Below the pieces are notes generated by a model. The model had not been told where the DNA came from, did no database searches, and worked only from the letters and a program-made list of their open reading frames with translations. DNA of 64,000 nt from assembly GCA_951406725.2 (NCBI GenBank), contig OX597822.1:67766001-67830000 (forward strand), given 5' to 3'. Shown here one piece after another: positions 57,049 through 64,000 of this stretch; within the stretch, counting starts at the first letter, position 1; the number at the start of each line of letters is the position of its first letter. Made by a program: the position numbers and the translations under genes. This stretch comes from Octopus vulgaris. Lineage: Eukaryota.

Positions 57049-57332
57049 TGTGACAGACTAACCCTTTGAATTACATGTTTTTAAATACAGAATGTATTTT
57101 CCAGCTGAGTGGACTGGAGGTACGTGAAATCAAGTGTTATGGTGAAGGACACAAGGCATCGGTCGCTATCGAACTCACGACCTAACGATCGTCATCCGAA
57201 TACCCTAACCACTAAACCACGCGCCTTCACAGTAACACCAATTACTGAGATAGTTGAGAATTACATTTTTTTCTTCTTGTGAATAGTAAAGTGAAATACT
57301 ATCAAATATAGAACTGTTCCTAATAAGTAGCG

Positions 57333-57535
57333 TGCTGGCAGAAACGTTAGCACCCCGGGCGAAATGCTTAGAGGTATTTCGTCTGTCTTTACGTTCTGAG
57401 TTCAAATTCCACCGAGGTCGACTTTGCCTTTCATCCTTTCGGGGTCGATAAATTAAGTACCAGTTGTGTACTGGAGTCGATTTAATCGACTGGCCCCCTC
57501 CCTCAAAAATTTCGCGCCTTGTGCCTAGAGTATAA
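57333..57535 (+). mobile_element. SINE family A
   Basis: Head and core match the family. Confidence 0.88.
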
Positions 57536-57941
57536 AAAAAAAGAGTGGAAGAATTACTAAATTACTACAATACTGGACATTATTATATCTTGTGATATTT
57601 TGGTATGTCCCCTTACATTCTGATTTTGAGCCGTATTCCTTTACTACTCTAGGCACAAGGCCCTAAATTTTCGAGGAGGGTGCCAGTTGATTAGATGCTG
57701 ACGTTTCTGCCAGCTTTGCCGCCTTTCATTTTGAACCTTATTTCCCGACGACTTAACTTTGTACTCTTCAGTGGCCGATAAAATAACTATCAGTTATATA
57801 TGCTAGGTTGATCTGGTCGCCTGTGACTATGTATCTGTCTACTTATCGTATTGTACGGCAGATAAGACTCATCTTTTGTCCAAAAAGAACTAATAGCATA
57901 ACAAACGTGCATCCTGTATGTGAAATTGTTATCTCTCATAG

Positions 57942-57968
57942 GCTCAGGAATAATCCAGGCGGCTTCCA
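57942..57968 (+). CDS. Candidate 27-nt microexon (R)LRNNPGGF
   Basis: atctctcatag acceptor, CA|gtaagc donor, phase-compatible with 53811-53842. Confidence 0.3.
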
Positions 57969-58039
57969 GTAAGCTGTTGGTGACCGCTACGTAGTAAAAC
58001 TCATGAGTAAAAATTTTATTGTTTAACTAGGCAGCAGCA

Positions 58040-58070
<31 letters not shown>

Positions 58071-58115
58071 TGTAGTGGCAGCAGCAGCAGCAGTAGTAGC
58101 AGCAGCAGAAGTAGC

Positions 58116-58168
<53 letters not shown>

Positions 58169-58838
58169 CAGCAGCAGTAGCAGTAGCAGTATCTATTTGT
58201 TGTTGTTGTTGCTGATTCAGTTTAGCTCTAGGTCAGGCCTCGTTGAGCAGACCAATGACCAAAGGGATTCCAGCCTTGACCATTCCATTTTTATTCTTTA
58301 CTGAGTACAGGAGAACTCAAGTCCAATTAATTTCGTGTCGCTTTTTAAGAAAGTAGGGTGATTTTTCAGAGAGATTTTACTGCTCTTTTCAGCAGAACAG
58401 GTTACCACGCAGATACTGCCACAGCAACTCGGTTGCTGTTGCTGCTGATGGTTTTATTATTATTATTGGCGTCGTTGTTGTTGCTGTTACATCGCCGTCG
58501 TCATCGCGTCGTCGTCGTCGTCGTCGTCGTCATCGTCGTCATCGTCGTCGTCGTCATCGTCGTCGTCGCCGTCGCCTTCATCGTCGTCATCGTTATTTAC
58601 TCTTGTTATTGAGCATACTTAGTCAACCGTGTGCTTTAAACAAACCTAAAGCACGTAGATACACTACGAAACCCCCTAAGGATTTTAATCCACATGCCGA
58701 TGGTACAGAATATGATAGAACGGAAGAATGAATACCGCACTGTCGTTAGGGAGATTGTTGCACGCTCCATCATATTTTATGTAAAGGCGGTAGTATGTGT
58801 GCATGTGTGTATGCGCGTGCGTCTGAGTGTGATAGTGA

Positions 58839-58900
<62 letters not shown>

Positions 58901-59074
58901 CACATTGCGGTGAATAAACTGTCGTCTAAATTACGCAAAAATGAAAATAACACAGACATCTCATTATTTTACAGACATATTTACCAAAATTACATAAAAA
59001 TATATTGAAATACGGAGCTGTACTTGCATAGCAAGTGACCTGATCTCAGATCGTGTGCTGGAACGAATACAATT

Positions 59075-59215
59075 GCAGCGTGAAGGTGTGTATAAGCCAT
59101 TTAAGAAACACACAAAAACCGTTAGATTCATTTCGACACTCAAATTTAATTTGCCAAAATATTTTGGTGGCATTGTGACCGCGACCTGTTCACTGCCAAA
59201 ATTCCTTGATGCATC
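59075..59215 (-). mobile_element. Second copy of the short hammerhead-like repeat (fold at 59150-59200)
   Basis: Minus strand: uuuggca-GUGAACA-g-gucgc-ggucacaau-gccac-CAAAAUAUUU-uggcaaa. Confidence 0.7.
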
Positions 59216-59239
59216 TCTTGAAATACTAAACAGTAAATT

Positions 59240-59905
59240 TATTCAATAAAACTGCGATTGGCTTCAACCGCAGCCTCCAAACGACTTCGCAATCTCCTGC
59301 AACTCTTCTGAACTGTCCCCTTGTTTAAGTTGGTAAATGATGCCATAACCTTTACCTTCAGTTCATCTTTGGTGCTACAAGGAGTTTTGTTGGGATCTCA
59401 CTCAACTGCGCCCCACTCATAATAATCAAGGGGGTTGCAGTCTGGGGAGTTACGTGGCCAGATGTTAGGGGTGCAGTGGTCGCAGAAATTGTCTGGCAGC
59501 CGTGAATGGTTTCCGCTTCTTGTGTGACATGGTGCAAAGTCCTGTCGCCAGAATAGGCTCTTCTAGCAGCCAGCATCTTGACCCAGGGCAGCATTACCTC
59601 CTGCAGGCACTTCATGTAGGCCTCCTTGTTGAGTGTGGGGCCGTGTGGAGAGATGAATGGAGGCATAACGTCGCCTTCACTAGTGATCACTCCAAACGCC
59701 ATGATGTTGAATGGATGTTTGATTTTTATCACTTTCGGTACATGCACTATCCTCGGATTGGCACCCAAACACTCTTAAATGTTCGTGTTGGGAGCTTCCG
59801 GTGTTAATACCAAGCAGTACAGCATGTAGTTTCCAAATTTCTGGCAGAGTGAATTGAGTTATGGTGCTGATTTTCTCACAGACGGTGCCCAACTGACCCT
59901 TCTAT
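59240..59905 (-). mobile_element. Tc1/mariner DD37D (maT)-like remnant with internal deletion
   Basis: KHPFNIMAFGVITSEGDVMPP, YMKCLQEVMLPWV, NIWPRNSPDCNPLDYYEWGAVE (third catalytic residue is D), LEAAVEANRSFIE*. Confidence 0.85.
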
Positions 59906-59919
59906 ACTATGTAGTCGAC

Positions 59920-60510
59920 AAAATGGTGGCGGCGACGGTAGTCGTGGTCGCGGTCGTGGTGGTGTTGCTGTTGTTGGTGTTTCTGGTGCTGCGGGTTGGT
60001 CATGTTGAAGTTCATGGTCGTGGTCGAGGTTGTTTAGTGGTGGTGCTGGTGGCGCTGGTTCTGGTGGTGGTGGTGGTGCTGCTGCTGCTGCTGTTGGTAG
60101 TGCTGGTGGTGCTGGTGGCGGTAGGAGTAGTGGTAGTGATGGTGGCGATGGTGGAGATTGTGGTGGTAGTGGTGGTGGCGCTTGTGGTGATGGTGGAGGT
60201 GGTGGTGGTGATGGTGCTGATGGCGGTGTTGGTGATGGTGGATCCGCTGGTGCTGGTGCTGGTGCTGGTACTGGTGGTGCTGTAAGTGATGGAATCGAAG
60301 ATTGCGGTGTTGCTGATGGCGAAGGTGATGACGAGGCTCGAAATGGCGATGGTGGTGTTAGTGATGACGATGCAGGTAGTAATGGTTGAGGTGACGGTGT
60401 TGATGGCGATAGGGTGGTCTTGGCAGTCGTCACCGAGTTGGAAATTGAAATATCATGTTTGATGAGGGTGGGGATAAGTGCAGCGATGGTTGTGGGCGGG
60501 ATCGGTGGCG
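59920..60510. repeat. (GGT/GCT)n low-complexity block
   Basis: Direct inspection. Confidence 0.85.
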
Positions 60511-60644
60511 CTGACGTATATTAGACATGAATTACTAAAGCCCAGCTCCATATATTAAGAGAAAAACACTTCTGTGAGGACTGAAATGACAAAATGACAA
60601 AATGAATCATGGCAGACAACAGAGCACAGAAAACTAACAGTTGA

Positions 60645-62203
60645 CATATATACATTATATACATATATACATATATACATATATACATATATACATATAT
60701 ACATATATAAATACATACAGACGCGCGCGCGCACATATAATCATACATACATACGCATATACACGCATGCATACATGCATACATACATGCACACACACCG
60801 CACGCACATATAATCATACATATGTACATACACACATACATATACACACACATACATACATACATACATACATACATACATACATACATACATACATACA
60901 CACACATACATACACACATACATACATACATGCATATATACATACATACATGCATAAATACATACATACATACACACACACGCACGCACACATAGTCATA
61001 CATTCACACATACGCACATACATACACGCATACATATATACATACATACACGCATAAATACATACATACACACACACACGCACGCACACATAGTCATACA
61101 TTCACACATACACACACACATACATACATACATACATACATACATACATACATACATACATACATACATACATGAAAAACACAAACATGTATACATACGC
61201 ATATACACACAAACAGAGATCTACATACATATATACATACATACTTACACACATGTATACATACATGGATGCATCTATGCATGCATGCATACATACATAC
61301 ACACACGCACATACATACGCACATAAAAAACAAAAATACACACACAAACATACACTCATACCTAAATACATTTATACATACACACGCACGCATATTTGTG
61401 TGCACAAGTACCCACATGTATGCATATACATACACATGCACGCATATATATGTGTGTGTGCACAAACACACACATGTATACATATACATACACACATATG
61501 TGTGTGTGCACACTCACTCACATACGCAAACATATTTATGTGCATATGTATATTGATATATATGTTTGTATGTGTGCAGGTTTTTGCCTGTGTGTGCGTA
61601 TATATGTGTGTGTGTGTGCACGCGCAAGCATGCCTCTGGGTGAGTGTGTGTGTGTGTGTGTGTGCCTGTGTGTGTGAATGTATTTGTTTACTCTTTTACT
61701 CTCCTTTTACTCTTTTACTTGTTTCAGCCATTTGACTGCGGCCATGCACATATATGTTTATATATGTGTGTGTGTGTGTTTGACAACCGATGCTGGTGTG
61801 TTTACGTCCCCGTTACTTAGCGGTTTGGCAAAATAGACCGATAGAATAAGTACTAGGCTTACAAAGAATAAGTCCTGGGGTCGATTTGCTCGACTAAAGG
61901 CTGTGCTCCAGCAGGGCTACAGTCAAATGAGTGAAACAAGTAAGAGAGTAAAAGAGTAAAGAGTATTCACAACAGAGTTTAAGGTCAATCCGTGCTAATC
62001 GGCTTTACTCTGCGTACTTTAGCTTCGTTACTATAACAACAGTACGGATACTTATTGATCAGACCACGTATACACACAGTGAAAGACAGACAGAGACAGA
62101 GACAGAGAGAACAAGAGAGACAGAGAGAACAAGAGAGACAGGGAGACATGCAAATAGACAGGTAATCAAACAGACTGACAGACTAACTGGTAGATAGATA
62201 AAT

Positions 62204-62236
<33 letters not shown>

Positions 62237-62334
62237 GAGATGCATACATACGTACATACATACAGACATACATACATACAGACAGGCAGACAGATAGACA
62301 TACATGCAAACAAACAGACAGACAGACAGACAAG

Positions 62335-62401
<67 letters not shown>

Positions 62402-62727
62402 GTAGATAGATAGATAGATACATATATACATACATACAGACATACAGACATACATACAGACAGACATGCAAGCAAACAGACAGACAGACAGACAAATAGA
62501 TAGATAGAGAGATAGATACATACATACATAAATAGAGACAGACAGACAGAAATGCAAGCAAAAGACATATAGACAACTAGATAAATAGAATACATACATA
62601 CATACATACATACATACATACATACATACATACATACATACATACATACATACATACATACATACATACATACATACATACATACATACATACATACATA
62701 CATACATACATACATACATACATACAT

Positions 62728-62803
<76 letters not shown>

Positions 62804-62805
62804 AA
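60645..62805. repeat. Compound (CATA)/(CA)/(GATA)/(GACA) arrays with family-B SINE 3' pieces (61685-61965) and a mariner terminus (61975-62070)
   Basis: Direct inspection. The mariner end ...ggatacttattgatcagaccacgTA matches ~17250-17351. Confidence 0.85.
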
Positions 62806-63395
62806 ATAGATGTGCAGTGTATTTATTTGTATAGGTGTGTCGCATACTATGATAATAACATCAAGCTTAACAAGAATCGCCCAGAAATGGCTAAATTACT
62901 GACACAATATAAACAGTCATAACAGATCATTTCAGGAAACTTACTCTATATCAATGTTTTATTACAGTCCACGCCGACATTAAATTATAGTCCTTTAAAG
63001 ATTTCTTAATTTGGTTTTTGTTTTCACAGAAGCCATACTAGTACTTTGGTCGCTGGACGACTTGATTATATGGCTAACAGCTGCGGTAATTTTGTTTATT
63101 GTCACAATAGAATTTATGTGTGGTTGTTGATGGTTGTTAATGGTGTTCGATCTTAGGGTTGTAAATATAGGTTTCTGTGACAATATCTGTAGAAGTGAGT
63201 TGGTTTGGACAAATTGTGTCTTTGACACATCTTAAGGCATATTTGATTCGTGAATGGGGTCAGGTAGAAGAACAGATAGAATGATAAATAGAGAGAGACA
63301 GAGAGAGAAAGAGAGAGAGAGATAAATGAGTGGATGGATGGATAGACAGAGAGACAGCCAGACAGAGAGACAGACAGATAGATAGATATATTGAC

Positions 63396-63430
<35 letters not shown>

Positions 63431-63452
63431 GAAAGAAAGAAAGATAGATAGC

Positions 63453-63567
<115 letters not shown>

Positions 63568-64000
63568 GTTTCTTTATTAGCCAAACAGGGCTGCACACAG
63601 ATGGGACAAATTACAAGGTAGAGCTTTTCTTTTTTGGGGATGAAAAAAAAATGTGCGGTAGGTTTTCGATCAAAAGGGATCGTAAAAGGGAAAAAAGAAA
63701 AAAAAGGAAAAAAGGAAAAAAAACAAAAGAAAAGAAAAAAAGGAGAAAAAAAGAAAGGAAAAAAAGGGAAAAAGAAAAAAACGATCAATAGGGATCGTGT
63801 ATCACAGTGTCATGATGTACGGTGTAAAGGGGGAAGCACATAAGGTATATTCGTGGGAAGAAAAGCCTACGGAAAAGACCACGGTAACCTCGGTCAATAT
63901 TGTTACATGTTACCACACTTGTTTGCAAGTGGGTAACCCTCTGTTTTCAATTTCTGGGTTCATACGATTATGCTCAAGGTGGGACAAATTACAAGGTAGA
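63568..64000 (-). mobile_element. Longer LINE 3' end (possibly Tx1-like) abutting (GATA)n; a second tandem copy begins at ~63981
   Basis: Same 3' end as 2771 and 41686. gggacaaattacaaggtaga recurs at 63981-64000. Confidence 0.7.

Overview
Eukaryotic, AT-rich, extremely microsatellite-dense animal DNA. The SINE families and repeat landscape suggest an octopus (coleoid cephalopod) genome; this is an inference, not a database match. Almost all ORFs in the supplied track are microsatellite artefacts. The window holds three tRNA-derived SINE families, decayed Tc1/mariner transposases, three non-autonomous Helitrons, a split Penelope-like (PLE) reverse transcriptase pseudogene, R4/Dong-like LINE pieces, LINE 3' ends sitting in (GATA)n, a ~1 kb foldback element, and a possible bidirectional promoter near 53.8 kb with a few candidate exons. 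The main unexplained signal is a set of unrelated small elements that each carry a minimal type I hammerhead ribozyme (HHR) fold with a palindromic stem III. They include a tRNA-headed, HHR-tailed SINE-like unit in head-to-head duplicate, a circularly permuted ~155-nt HHR unit, core variants (putative G3:C8 swap, U4C, A6U) and foldbacks centred on what looks like HHR stem II. Together they suggest a PLE-driven, ribozyme-bearing mini-retroelement system. All folds were read by eye and ribozyme activity is untested.
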